Below, piece by piece: positions 1 to 36,109 of a stretch of 64,000 nucleotides of DNA. The position numbers were made by a program, and so were the translations under genes. The stretch's first letter is position 1, and every line of letters starts with the position of its first letter. The stretch spans positions 63,821 through 127,820 of the forward strand of contig JAQGDQ010000614.1 in assembly GCA_030141605.1 (NCBI GenBank), in the 5' to 3' direction. This DNA is from Tubiluchus corallicola. Lineage: Eukaryota > Animalia > Priapulida. The notes under the pieces were generated by a model. That model was not told where the DNA came from and ran no database searches. It was given only the letters and a program-made list of their open reading frames with translations.

Positions 1-2231
1 AGTTTTAGTAGTTAAAGAAAGGTCAAATGAACAATACGACAAGTGACAATATCGATTTTGTTTTCACTCAGTTTTCGAAAACCATGAACATTGCAACAAA
101 CTATAATGGATGAAGAATAGTGACTGTTTTTTTAAGAATGCAACCTGCAACAACTTTTCGAACTTTACTTGATTTGCAAATTTTGCGCATTCACATATTG
201 CAACTTTTTGCATCTCCTGTAATATTTACTTTGATTCGTTGAAATAAAAAGCAGCTTTTTATGTTATACCACTGATGATACATTGTCTCATAATTTTCTC
301 CTTTGTAACTATGCCTGCAACATAATTTTGATATAGTGCAATAGGCCTATAGGTTTTGCAATTGCAATAAATCAACTGGACAAGGCCGAATTCTGCAACA
401 GTGGTACGTGCAAATATTTATCGTAAATTTGGCAAAACACATGAATCAGACCCAAGTTTACAGAAACGTTAAAAAAGGTAAAATTAATATCAAAAACTAA
501 ATATTCTTTGTTCATCATTGATCTTAAAAGCTGTTTCAACCTGCAGTTGTCTTGTAAAATCCCTGTGTCAGTTTTTAAGACCAGTTTGTCACAGAGGGAA
601 TATTCAAAGTCTACAGCTTGTGTAGAAATGTTTTTTCGCTTTCACAGAAAAAAGGTATGGCGATTAAATTGCAGATCCATGTGTGTACACGGCTTTCCGT
701 GTGGACGCCATGGAAACAACTACCACGGAAAACATTTGTTTGCAAAGGTGTGCTATTGCTTCAATTTTTTCAATGAGAGTTATACAGAAAAATTCCATGT
801 CTGTGAGAAAATACAATGTTTTGCAAAACATCAGTGTTAGTAAGTTATTAACCGTTATCATTTGATTAGTTATTTCATTGTATTGTACTAATTGTAATGC
901 TGTGCAGTGATCTTGTAACGATTTTCAAACAAGTAATGAACACAATTTAATCTCGCAATATAAAACTGACTGTATTAACTTGAAGTGAGTTAGTGTGTAT
1001 TAAAGCAAGGGGAAAGTAAAAAAGCAGCATTTTAGTCCTTTAGTTGATGTTCCTAATGACTCGTACATATTTGTGTCACTACTGTAGCTACAAGGTATGC
1101 TAATAAGTTTTCCTTTAGAAGGGGTTGGCAAATACAAATTTTGCTTAATGGACTATAAGACATAAGTTATTCTCTTTGTGCACAAGTTGAAAGCCGAAGT
1201 GGACGTCATGTGATCTGACGTGTGTTCTGTTATATGGGCTCATAAATAATTTTCTTCTAAACTTAATAATAAAACATGTTGTTAACGGTAGTGAACAGAT
1301 TATTGCTGCAGATTGTTGCATTATTGTTGCCGAGCAGCTGTGATTAAGCAATTTATTGTAGTCATGTGAAATATAATTTATAACTTGAAAATCACATTTT
1401 ACTGCTGTGCTATGGTGGTGTCAATATTTCTCTCCTTTAACTCCTGCACATTTCTAATTTACATAATTTTTTGTTAGGCAAATTTAATTTATTCGTCTAA
1501 TCGTCTCATGTACACCAGTACATTTAATTACCTTATAGTAATTAGTTTAACAACTGTTTATGATGTCTTGTTCGCTATCATGGAGCTTCATTTCATGTGC
1601 AAAACTTTACTGGTTACAGAGACCCTAGTTAACAATTTACATTTGTCATTTTCAACTTGCTGTTAAGGGTGCAAAATTAGGAAAGTCTCTAGGCCTTCAT
1701 TATGAGGTTCAATAGTGATTGGTTTTGGTACATTTCATTAAAACCCTAAGACGCTACGCCTCTTGTAACAAGGAAATAAATTTTTCCTTATTTTACAAAC
1801 ACAATATATAAAAGATTCTCAACTTTCTGGAAGCAAACAACTCATTTAAAATTATCAAAACTTTGCACCAAATGCAAGATTGACTCACGAAAGGAAACTT
1901 GGGATGCTTTTTAATTCCACAATTACCAACAATCGATCAGCCACAAACATACAACATTTAATTTCCAATTTCTACAATTCTTATTGTACAATACTAATTC
2001 TTACATTACTGTGCACGTTTATACATTACACGATGTATAAAATGAGTTCTGGTATTTTAGGATACATTGTCAATTCCACATCTCGCACATAATTTCCACT
2101 CACTGTACTTATACGAGTGATTCGTCCCATTTGGCAGGTTGGCTGTGATTCAGTGATACGAAGACATCAGATTCCACGGAACATTAACTACAGCCTAATT
2201 GCTATGCCTATTGATATAGGGAAACGGATGT

Positions 2232-2420
2232 GGGTCTGGCTTTAGTTGATAGCTTGGCAATGTGAGAGTGAGTCGTATTGATTCAAACTGTCCGAGGATC
2301 ATATATTATTTACGGCTGCTGCTCAAATTTGTGATATTAGCTGACCAAAATTTGATGCTCATCTGACCAATAGAGAAAACCTTAATTAATCTTCACAGGT
2401 CGATTTGTACGACCTTTATT
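2232..2420 (+). mobile_element. Possible tRNA-derived SINE remnant
   Basis: A-box-like tggctttagttg and B-box-like gattcaaac at tRNA-like spacing; aggtcg-N7-cgacct hairpin at the 3' end. Confidence 0.3.
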
Positions 2421-4212
2421 TGCCCTCCATTTATTTGAATCTTCGGGTTGTGGCAAGCTCTCTAAGTTTGTGTGATAATTATTGAACAAGTGCAAGGTTA
2501 CAGTTTCATGGTCATACTTTGGCAGAGTTTATTGATCTGAAACTCAAAACATATTTAAACATTTCGTAGTTGCTATATTTCTAGTTTTTAATCAACAACA
2601 TATATCTAATAAACAACGGTACTGTACAGCAGTGCACTTACGAATTGTTGTGGCCCATTTTTGGCATTATGACTTTGCACCATTACCACATATAAAACAT
2701 ACAATAATAAATAGTCTTACAGATTTGAGGACTGCTGTGATTATAATTTGAGCCAATTTCTGAATTGTAGCTTAAATGTGTTTTTTAACAATTCGGAATG
2801 TGATTGGGCTTTTTGGCTTAGAACAATCAGCATCATTTGAGCCATTTATTGTGCAAAAAATCTAAAAATATGAAATTTTTTACTGAACTTGCATTTAGTG
2901 TTCATACTGTAATAAAAAACAGTAAGGCTAGTAGTTCAGTTGTCAATCAGGCTGACTTTCCTTTGTAAAATTAATGTGAAAGAAGCCTAATCCAATTCAA
3001 TTAAATTTATGCAAGAGCAAGAACTAACTTTACGGCTGTTATAATAAGCAATTTCTGTCCTGGACATGCACTGTAAGTCCCTGTGCACCGGTGGTCTGAC
3101 AATTAGCATTGCATACAACTTTGCCAACCAATTGCTGATATTTGCCATCAGGCAGCTGTACAAGACTGTAGGGATTTATACTGCCTGCATTATTGATTGC
3201 CAAGGATTTGAGAGTTCCAATTCACTTCCAAAGCTTTGTGAGCAGAGAAGCCTCCTTTGGTTTGAAGGCGTGCTGCTAGGAAACAGAATGTGGTGTCCCC
3301 ATCTGTTGAGAGCTTCTTTTAATCCTATGTTTTTTCCAAAATTTATTTATGCAAGTGAGCTTTTATTTTAATCATATAATCATGTTAATTCAGATTCTGT
3401 TCGTCAATGGTTTAATAAATATTGGCATTTGCAAAATTGCACGGAAAATAAATAATCGCTGCAATAGAGGAAAACACAGGCCATGTAATATTGCTTAAAT
3501 TATAATGTAGCATATTAATTATTTTGTGTGTAACTGCACAAGCAAATAAAGAAAGTATTGTTACATGTCTTGATGAAATTGAGATGCCTTAAATATACAT
3601 GGCATATGTGAATGGTATGTAATTAAATCATTAATTTATGTCCCAGCTTACATGCCTTATTAAATAGTGAATACATTGGAAAAGCTTAGAAGTAAAATAA
3701 GTTTATTGTTGCTGTAAGTGCATATACTCTTTCAGCAACTAATTCCGCATTATTCAACTTTCGTTATTGCCTAGGGCCATGTAATCTGCGTTTCTCATTC
3801 AAGCTGGAATTTATGCTACTGTTGAAGCTATTATATTTATTAAATTTTACATTGTAATGCTTAAACTACTTCCTGTGCTAACTGACGCTCAGTGTGTTTT
3901 ACAACTTTTCTGTATACTCTGCAGAAATCTATGCCCAATTTGCTCTTCCACACGTGCATGTGAGTTGCAAAGAAAAATTTTGTTTCGTCAAAAGGAAAAT
4001 TTTATTCCTTACTTCTGAGTTTTTAACATTTTATTCAGTTCATCTATATAACATTTTATGTTTGTGCTTTCATATGTGTTTGATTGGTCCCTTTACAGCT
4101 TGGAAGACTCCACCTCAGCTTTTTGCATGCTTTCCTTGCAATTTTCAAGCAATAATTTTATGAAGTAGCTGCAAAATAGGAGATAAAGTTTTTTGCTTAC
4201 AGAACCCTCTGG

Positions 4213-4266
4213 TACAACCATAAAACCTTTAACTTTTGTTACAACCATAAAACCTTTGACTTTTGT
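4213..4266 (+). repeat. 27-bp tandem duplication (tacaaccataaaaccttt[a/g]acttttgt x2)
   Basis: Direct reading; one mismatch. Confidence 0.9.
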
Positions 4267-4528
4267 TTAACGTTCCTACATAGTTACCCATTCTTTGCCA
4301 TATACTATTTCCAATAAATCATCATACACTTATACCAAAGCATCGCATATACACAAACATCAAAATATTGCATTGCAAAGTGCTCTGCCTATTTTCCAAA
4401 AATTACATTTAGATTAGGTAAAATCTAGATTAACACAATCTTATAAGTAGTGTTCATTGTACTATTATAGCTTTCCACTGTTTAACTTAATTGTTAGTGA
4501 TACCAGCACATTGCTTTATTTATTTCAG

Positions 4529-4595
4529 CATCACCGGAAGAAGCTGCAAGGGCGAAGGTTAGATTATGACTGCAAGCGGAGGAAGAAAGCTCACG
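4529..4595 (+). CDS. EndoA: Endophilin A exon (BAR domain, [22 protein letters not shown])
   Basis: tttcag acceptor, G|gtaaac donor; RRLDYD BAR motif. Confidence 0.93.
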
Positions 4596-7500
4596 GTAAA
4601 CTGCCTGGTCTTATTATCATGTTTATTGTCACTTTTATCACTGTAATGTCATGCTTTTGTTTCTTCAAGTGATACGTAGTGATTCAAACTGGTCATCATT
4701 CCTTAATATCAACTAAGGATTCCTAAACTGGTCAACTAGATCAATTAACCCATCTTTTTAGTTATATGTATTATTAATAATTCTGCATAAAGTTGGAAGC
4801 AAGTTTCAGTCCAGCTGAAAACTTAGTATCAGTTTCACTTTGTCAAAACTATTTTGGAATAATCATTCTTCGTCTATTTTAACCAAACAATGTAGTGTGT
4901 CTGCTGATTTCTGGTCACTTGCAATTTTTTGGGTGCGATATTTTTTTAGGGAGGTGCCCATCAATTGAAGTGCACTAAACTGTACCAAGAGCCAACATAC
5001 AGTTAAAACTGTTTCACAATTCTAAAGTTTTTTTAACGCCAAATGTCACTCATAACGACGTGTAATTTTTATTAAATTCGGCAATGCATTGTATATCATA
5101 ACTTGTCTCCGTGTTTGATTGCTTATTTCACAGAATATTGGTAATCACTCAGTGTTTTCTAATATGGAGCAGGTGCTGATGCTACCCCAACTCCTACACC
5201 AGTATAGGCCAGTTCACACTTCTTGTGTTCACTGTCAGGACTCTTGTCAATGTTGCTGTTTATTTTTTCATTATGTTTGTCATTTATTTGCGATGAAATT
5301 AATAGACTAATCAATGAATTAATGAAATTAATACTTGTGGTTTTTTCAGGCTCACATGTCACTGATGATGAGCTAAAAACTGCAGAAGAGAAATTTGAAG
5401 AATCGTGGAACTTGGCTGAAGCTGCTATGATCAACTTGCTTGATAATGATGTATGCAGATTACCTTTTAAGTTCTTTGAAGTACAAAATTAATTTCAGCA
5501 AACAGTGCAGTGTATATACATGATGATAGCTAAAACGTTGGTGTATGCTAAACCTAGACTACTCATATCTTGATTTTTGAACTTGTCAGCTAATACATAG
5601 ATCGCAAGCGGCGTTTAGCCCTGCCCACACTGATGATGCAACACACGTTCTCACAAACGCTCGCTGCAAGTCCTTACAAACATGGATAGCTCATCTGCCC
5701 AAATCTTTAGTTTAAAAATCTGTAGAAAAGAGCAAAGTTTCAAAAATGGCAGAAAGACAGCAGTTGTAAATAATGCATTTTTTTTATTGTAACATGTACT
5801 AGGACCGTTGGTACCGTCTTAATTGTGAAAAAGTCAAGTAAATTCTTTGCAAACGTTTAGATAATATGTTTAGTTCATTGGCAATTGCTGTTAGTTAATA
5901 CTTTAAACTTTATTTATTTAGATTACGTGTTTTCTAGGAAATATTTGTATCTCTGTTTTTATTTAAACCTGAAAGAATTAATATTTAGTTTTTTGTCACC
6001 AGGTGGAGCAAATATCTCAGTTGGCTGCTCTGGCTCAGGCGCAATTGGATTATTACAGACAGTCAGCAGATGTTTTAGAAGGCCTTGTTGGTGTTTTGGA
6101 GCTAAAGTAAGTGGTACTGTATACAGATCATGAAATACCACATAAGATCAAAAGCATGATTTACTATAAAATTTGTTTAGCGACACAGTTTTCGTGTGCT
6201 TGTGTTATTTAACTTTAATAACATAGTATGCTACTGCAAAATTACTTTGTTGATAAACGACATAAATTCTCTTTTTCATATACTTAAAATGGTTATCAAA
6301 TTTTATTGTTTAATTTTATTAGCAAAAATACAACTTATAAAAACTATAACTGTCTAAATCTGGGAAGCTCTCTATCCATTCCAAAATGGCATTCCACAGA
6401 ATTGTAATGATGAATAGGATTCCTCAGTTTGTCATTATTAATCTGAATTATCAAGTGAAATCTAAAGTATTGCTCTAATTCACATTTAAATCCTGGGTTT
6501 TAAAATGTTGAGAAGAAAAGAATATATACTGCTGTAGAGAAAAGCAACTTAGCTGACAAAAAGCAAATTTGCTGACAACTTCTCCATTTTTTTCATGTCA
6601 CCACATGGACAAATATGTTGCATCTTAGTCTCTCAGCTACCTTACGTCTCCTTTTATAAGATGCTAAGTAACATTCATTTTCTTTTTTTCAGTAGGAATT
6701 TTACGAGGTGATCTAATTAGCTGTTTTTGAAGTAACGTTTCTTTTTTGGAATGCCCTTTTTCTATTAAACGTTGCTTCTTGAACATAAATGTAAAGTGTG
6801 CACTTTGAATGCATGTACCCGTGTTCTGTAGGTTGGAAGAAACAAAGAACAGACCTCGTCGAGAACCTACTCTTCACGTTGTACCAAAAACCATTAGCAT
6901 GTCTTCAACTTCAAATTCCTCCGATATATGGAACAACACAGACAAGGACACTAATCGAGCAAAGAGTCCATCATCATTGTTTGCTGATAATGCTTGGCCA
7001 GGTATAAGGAGCTTATTCTTTATTGTTATTCCCATTGTTCTCCTTTATTATTATCATGGTCATCATTTTTATCATCATCATCATCATTTCTATTATTATT
7101 GTTATTGTTTGCTCAAGTTGGTTGTCTGAAATATGCTGGTCTACGACCAAGTTCCAAAGAACAAAGTCACCCAATACAGCCAGTTGTTGACTTGTGACCA
7201 CATTTGGTTCCAACCGATCAGATGTAAGGCAATTTAAACATAAGTCGGATAATAAAGATACATGATCCTTAAGTCATATTTGCATAGGTCTTAAGTTGAT
7301 GACTATCTGTATCTCTGAACTGTCAGAGAGCATTAAGTGCATTACATTCACACACATTCCTTTTGTTTAATTGTCGATTATTGGTATGAAGTATTTCATA
7401 AATCAATCACTTAGAGAGTTTTATGTTTAGTAGTATCATGAAAAATTATTTCTGGCAATGTCTTTTTTCATGTACATTACAGTATGATATTTAGCTAATT

Positions 7501-8794
7501 TGTTGACTTCTCTGTACATACCAGTGTATCAGTATTTTGCAGACTTGTATATCATTTAGCTATGCTAAGTTTATGCAGTTTATGCAAAAAGACATTATTA
7601 TTGAGCCAGCAGAACTATTGAAATTATTGTTTGGAAAAGCAATAGTAAGTGGCATTGCTTAGTTAAGTTAAAGCAGCATGCAAATAATTATTTAATGGCA
7701 CTAAAGGCTATATTGATATAAAATGAAACTATTTTAATACTTTTTCTTTTGTCAAATGTCATCCTGACCTAGGTGATACCCTGATAGCAATTACAATGTG
7801 CATAATGTGTCTCAACTGTTTTCTGTACATTTTCATTGTTTACCAGGTGATGATAACATGTCAGCGTGGCCTGTGGACAATACTGCTAGCACTCAAAGTA
7901 GCAGGTTTACTCCAACAAAAGCGCGTAAGTGCGATACTCCCTTTTTCAGAAATATGCGTGGTCTTAATGTCCATTTTATTTGTACATTGAGTTAAAAATG
8001 GACACTATGTTACATTTAATGCATGATACGGTGAATGCAAGTAATTGAAGATGATCAAAACATACGAGCAGTACCTAAAAAATTATGGAATTTTACAAGT
8101 AAAACTTATTTAATTTTAGTCTGAACAGCTGAAACAAAGGTTGTATTTTGAACTTTCTTATTTTTGTCAAATTTATGCAGTGTTGACACTTGTAGTATGT
8201 AAAATTAATGTAAAAATCCTAAACATTGTAGTGAAGAACTCATCAAGGGAATAAATGAGCAAATAAGAAAAGAAACAGTAAGGTGAACCACTATTAGCGG
8301 CTATCAAGCGTGCTTGCCTTAAGCAACACAATTTTGAATAGATTATTTATGAAAGAAAAAGAAAAGAAAATACAATATATTACAAAATGTCAAATTGTAG
8401 TCTTATTGTATCAATGATGAATTGGTTCATATAGTGGGGAAACCTAGTCGACAATGTTCTTGAGATTGAAATGTGATGTGACACAGCAGTTTCTAATGCA
8501 AACAGCATTCGCAAAAATTTAAAAGGATAAATATCCGTATGGTAACTTACTTGGCTTTTGTTATTTGCAGCTTCTCCTACCCCGACACGCCCGTGCTGTG
8601 AGGGTCTCTATGATTTTGAACCAGAAAATGAGGGCGAGCTGGGCTTCTCCGAGGGAGACATCATCATGTTGACTGAGCGAATTGATGAAAACTGGTTTGA
8701 AGGAACCCTGAATGGCAAAACTGGCTTCTTTCCTGTCAACTATGTCAGAGTTATTGTGGATGTTCCCCCTAGTGCTAATTTTGCAAACTATTGA
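4529..8794 (+). CDS. EndoA: Endophilin A (SH3GL1/2/3 family), 3' part: BAR C-terminus, linker and SH3; 5' exons not found in the window
   Basis: Six exons with canonical AG/GT and consistent phases: 4529-4595, 5350-5450, 6003-6106, 6832-7001, 7847-7924, 8571-8794. The joined protein [20 protein letters not shown]...EEKFEES...[27 protein letters not shown]... plus SH3 [40 protein letters not shown] matches the endophilin-A pattern. Confidence 0.95.
5350..5450 (+). CDS. EndoA: Endophilin A exon ([36 protein letters not shown])
   Basis: ttttttcag acceptor, gtatgc donor, phase 1 to 0. Confidence 0.93.
5596..5680 (+). repeat. Dispersed repeat, copy 1 (tagatcgcaagcggcgtttagccc...)
   Basis: Near-identical to 19415-19500 over the first ~30 nt, with continued similarity (acacac.ttctcacaaac.ctc...tgcaagtc). 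Confidence 0.8.
6003..6106 (+). CDS. EndoA: Endophilin A exon (BAR last helix, [28 protein letters not shown])
   Basis: gtcaccag acceptor, gtaagt donor, phase 0 to 2; this frame is not listed in the ORF track. Confidence 0.93.
6832..7001 (+). CDS. EndoA: Endophilin A linker exon ([11 protein letters not shown]...DNAWP)
   Basis: ttctgtag acceptor, G|gtataa donor, phase 2 to 1, RPRRE post-BAR motif. Confidence 0.85.
7847..7924 (+). CDS. EndoA: Endophilin A linker exon, symmetric phase 1-1 ([25 protein letters not shown])
   Basis: tgtttaccag acceptor, gtaagt donor, 78 nt, open frame. Confidence 0.75.
8571..8794 (+). CDS. EndoA: Endophilin A terminal exon, SH3 domain
   Basis: ttatttgcag acceptor; [14 protein letters not shown] / ENWFEG / [10 protein letters not shown]3 motifs; TGA at 8792-8794. 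Confidence 0.96.
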
Positions 8795-11700
8795 AAGCAC
8801 ACATTTTACAGCTATGATACCATGTCAAATATGGATAATTAGTTGGTTGTCACAGCAAATGTTTGGCATATTAAATAGTTTAACCTAATAGTTAGTTCAT
8901 GAGTTATAGTTGTAAATTATTTAAATTGTATATATAAGTGGTTTCAAAATGGTATAAAATTCCAAGTTGGGGTTTCTTAAATAGTAACACAGCTATGGCA
9001 GTTTGCTGTTGACACTTATGCATAATACAGTTGCTAATACTGAATATTAAATTTGAAGCCATCTGTAGTTAAAAAGCTGCAGTGGTAGTTTGAAATATTT
9101 AGGTTAAGTACTCTCACTCACTGGTTGGTTCTGTTCCACTAAAATTTAATCTTGCACCTCTGCAGTAGCCACGTTAATCAAGAAACGTTTCGTTGTAACT
9201 ATCACCTTTGTTTCTTTGGCAGTCTTCTTCCATTGTGTGCCACTTTTGGGATGCTTAGCAGCATATACAGTTAACCCTTTTTGTTACTGGTGCTTTTTGG
9301 ATTATTTATTAGGTTTCGCATGTCAAGGAAATTCCAGCTACTAATGGAGATTGATAACTGTTTTATTTTTTGTGTTATGAGAGATTTTAGAATCATTTTA
9401 CATTTTACTTTATAAGTTTAGGTTTTTGTGGCATTTATTTATTAGTACTCAGGTTTTCTTTGTAGAATTCTGCTGCTCAGGATTTAACTTAGTTGTACAC
9501 TTTAACGTCTATTAATCTCTCCGCAAAATCTCTGTAATTACAAGATATTTGTGGTATTTAAGCTACAGTATTTATTTACGTAACTATTAAAATTTAACTT
9601 TCGAGTATGCCATTTTTATTGTGCTGTCAAGTTTGAGTGGATTTGCATTTTTACTTAATTTGTTGCTGTAAGTACTCAGTCATTGTATTTTTGTTGTAAT
9701 CTAGTCATTATTTTATGAAAAACATTTACAAACAATTGTCATCAGACTTGTTGCTGATAATTAAGAACAACTAACAGACTTAATGCAAAATTAGATAGCA
9801 GGGTAAAAACAAAAGTGTAATCGTATTCTTGTGATATGGATTGGAGAAGTTTTTGTTTGATTTATCAGTGAGTGATTGCAACTACTTAACGTAAAAGTCA
9901 TTAAGTGTTATGTATATTGTAGTTAGACTAAGCAATAATAGGTTGTATTACCATTATTATTAATGTTATTATTGTATGACTAACTACACATTTTCTTTTA
10001 TCTCGATGTTGTGATATATTACTAAAAAAATGTAATATTAGTGTGTTCTCACAAAGAGCTCATTATACTTTGCTGTGTATATAAAAGTAATTTTGTTAAA
10101 ATTATGAGTGTATAGAAGACTAGGTTTTGCAATTATATGCGAGAATATAATATGACAGTAATATGATAATATATAGCGAGAGCATAAAATAAGGAAAAGT
10201 ATGCGAGCAAAAGCTTAAAGCAGCTATGTCTTTTGCATATTGCCACCTCGGATGTGTCTGGTTATGTTTGAATTATAACTGACAAAATACATGTGATCAT
10301 TCTCATGAAATGCTGAATTTTGTTGTCGCTAATCACTTGCCATTTAACTTTGAGAAAGACTGAATGAGCACTGTTAACAATAAATGAAGCAAACGTATAA
10401 AAATGGCTGTCATTGCTTAATGAGTGATGATAAATTACAGTACTTTTGCGCAGCGTCAAATTAAAATGAAGGATTTAGTTGGACTTACAGACTTTGTAAA
10501 CCAGGAATTGTGACATGCTTGGTAACTGAGAGTAATTATTTATTAATAAATACTAAAATTGTGTAGTTAGGAGTAATGTAGGTTGCAAAGTAATTGGTTG
10601 TAAATTTTTTTGCTCTTTGTGTGTATGTGACTTATCTGTTATGTGTCGATTTTTAATAATTTGGTCATTGTTATTGTTTGTCTGTTAAAGTCCTAAAGAT
10701 TTTAGTCAGATGTTTGTAAAAATAAGCACATTCTTTCAAATACTGAATCAAAATTGTCGATTGTTTAAAAAGCGTATTTGCACTTTTTTCTATGCTCCCA
10801 AGTTGTTGACTACATTCCAAAACCTTGGTTTAACAGTTTAACAGTCCACAGTTATTAGTCCTCTTTTTGTGTTGTATACTTGCCAGAATGTCATTAATCT
10901 TATTTTTAAGTAATTAGTGGTGGTAGTGTACACATTATTGTGCATGTATATATACATGCATTAATTACTTCACATATCTGAAGGTTATTGTTATTAAAAC
11001 GTTAATTCTGCCATTACCACTAGGTCTATTTAAAACAACAGAGAAGTTATGTTTTAGAAGTAAGCTTAAGAAGTTCGCATCAATTCTGTTTAACAATCCA
11101 TTCGTGTTATGAGACTAGAGTTCACTCAACGCCTATAACTTGTTTATTTATTAGCCTTCAGATTATTAATTATTTAATTGCTACACAACTACACAAAGTT
11201 ATTGGCTTAATGTATTGCAACGCGTTGAACGCAATTATGTAAAGATGCTTTACTGCATTTGTTTGCCTTGTTTTGCTCCTTTACTTTTAAGCTGTTTCAC
11301 TAAAATAATATTTTTTGTGACGGTAGGTAGAGCCATGTGCCCACAATAGCAAAAGCACAAGAAATTTAAATTTTATTAGTACCATCTTTTTGTGTTGTTT
11401 ACCTGCCAGAATGTCAATCTCATTTTCAAGTGATTGATGGTTTAGTACATTTTTCTTACCTGTAATTAATATTAAAAAATTGTTATTTAGTATGGAGAGT
11501 TTTGGTTACGCATGTCTTTACTCGAAACCTTTCCTTCATTATTTTGGTTTTTGAAGCGTCGGTATGGCTCTTGTGTGCATTTGTATTATAGGTAAGAAGG
11601 AAATAATTATAAATTTAGGGAGTTCAAGAAGAAACAGTGAAGCAGAAACACGCTGATATGCTTACACCGGAATGCGTGAAAACCAAGTTATAAGGTGTTG

Positions 11701-12205
11701 AAATTGGAATTATGCAAATATAATGCCGTATAATTACATCAAAACAAAAGTCCCTGGTAACATTTCTTTGTGATTTGGTCACCATATTATTTCAGCACAT
11801 TTCTGCATTGTTTCTTTTTTGACACTCTTTACCATGATTAGTTGCTGTTTTGCAATTTTAATGAGATTATGCCTTCCTTGTACATAGTGGTATTTAAAAG
11901 CAAGCGAGTTTTAGCATTGTGTCTCAATCCTAAAAAGTAACATTCATTTCAAGTTTCACTGAAACTAAAATGTGCAGTATCATGATGTATGTTATTTAGA
12001 TATTTCTAGTTGGAACGTAACTTCTGCATTCACGTGAGTCTGCATCCATACTAAACTGGTATATTTTGCTTTCAATAAACCACGAAACTGGGTAAATATT
12101 CAAATTGAAATGATACACACAGTTGTGATTATTTTGTGTTTTTTTCCATAGGAGTAGTTATTGTGTACCACTGCAGTGTTTGTGTCTGAATTTACTTAAA
12201 TGTTA

Positions 12206-12250
12206 AATAAATCATTTTGTTTTCCTTAACGTGGTTGTTTGTTTGTTGAT
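12206..12250 (+). terminator. Candidate poly(A) signal of endophilin A (about 3.4-kb 3' UTR)
   Basis: AATAAA at 12206-12211 followed by a GT-rich tract (gtggttgtttgtttgttg); the T-rich UTR-like composition ends here. Confidence 0.45.
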
Positions 12251-12309
12251 TCACCTGTCGTGTACTACCGAAACATTTAACTCTCAGACGCCAAATAGTA
12301 TATAGTATT

Positions 12310-12315
12310 TTTATT
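12310..12315 (-). terminator. Candidate poly(A) signal of the STAP-like gene
   Basis: tttatt (AATAAA on minus strand) about 900 nt past the stop codon, facing the endophilin signal. Confidence 0.35.
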
Positions 12316-13209
12316 GTAGAACATATAAAATAACAGGTACATAACATATTCCAATAAATGAAATGCAGTTTTTTCTTTTGTAAATCTATATCTTTAAACT
12401 CGAGTTACTTGACTTATATTTGCAGTAGGTGACATAAAAGACACAGGTATAACACTTTTGAGTTTCAGCTCTGATAAAGTGCATGTAGTACCTAAAAGTG
12501 TACTTTGATACTTTCGTTCTAAAAACATAAAATATAAATTCACGGAGAATAAAAGCTTTAGATTTGTTTTATTTGATCTGATTTGCGATGGGTAACTTTA
12601 ATGTTTACGTGCAGGATTGCCTACGTGCCTAAATTCTTGGGAATTTAGCAGTTTTCTATTTTCAATTCTGTCAATTTTTTCTAAAATTTTTAACTTGTAT
12701 AGTTAATGAATTAACTTTGATAATATTGCTAAAGGAACTATATTTGAAACACTTGAGGAGTAAATGATTTGTGAGCAGACTTTTAGAATGTAGCTTATTA
12801 AAACCGGAATAAAAATCGCAAATTCTATAAGGTTGACTACAGAAAAGAAATGACACAAATGTATCTGCCACTATTGTTGCTAACCACTGCTGAGAAGAAA
12901 TTATGCCCTTTTAGATTAATCGTTCATATCAGGTTACATACCACGCACACACACACACATATGCATATATATGCAATGATATATATATATAAATATATAT
13001 ATATATATTCAAGTGAGTAGGACCTAAATGTCACATGGTTTGCACTAATCAGCTTAATCATTGCAAATTAGGTAAACAAGCGCAATTGTAATACCACAAA
13101 TCCAGCATATTAAACCCATTGCAAGCAATCTAGTAATTGTTTATCTTATGATGACGTCATTACACAATCGTATGGTCAATTTTTATGAGTGACGTCACCA
13201 CTCATCAAA

Positions 13210-36109
<22,900 letters not shown>

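Noticed and set aside
5134-5140. Possible endophilin microexon (cacag|AATATTG|gtaatc)
   Set aside because: 7 nt would shift the frame; the flanking exons already join in phase.
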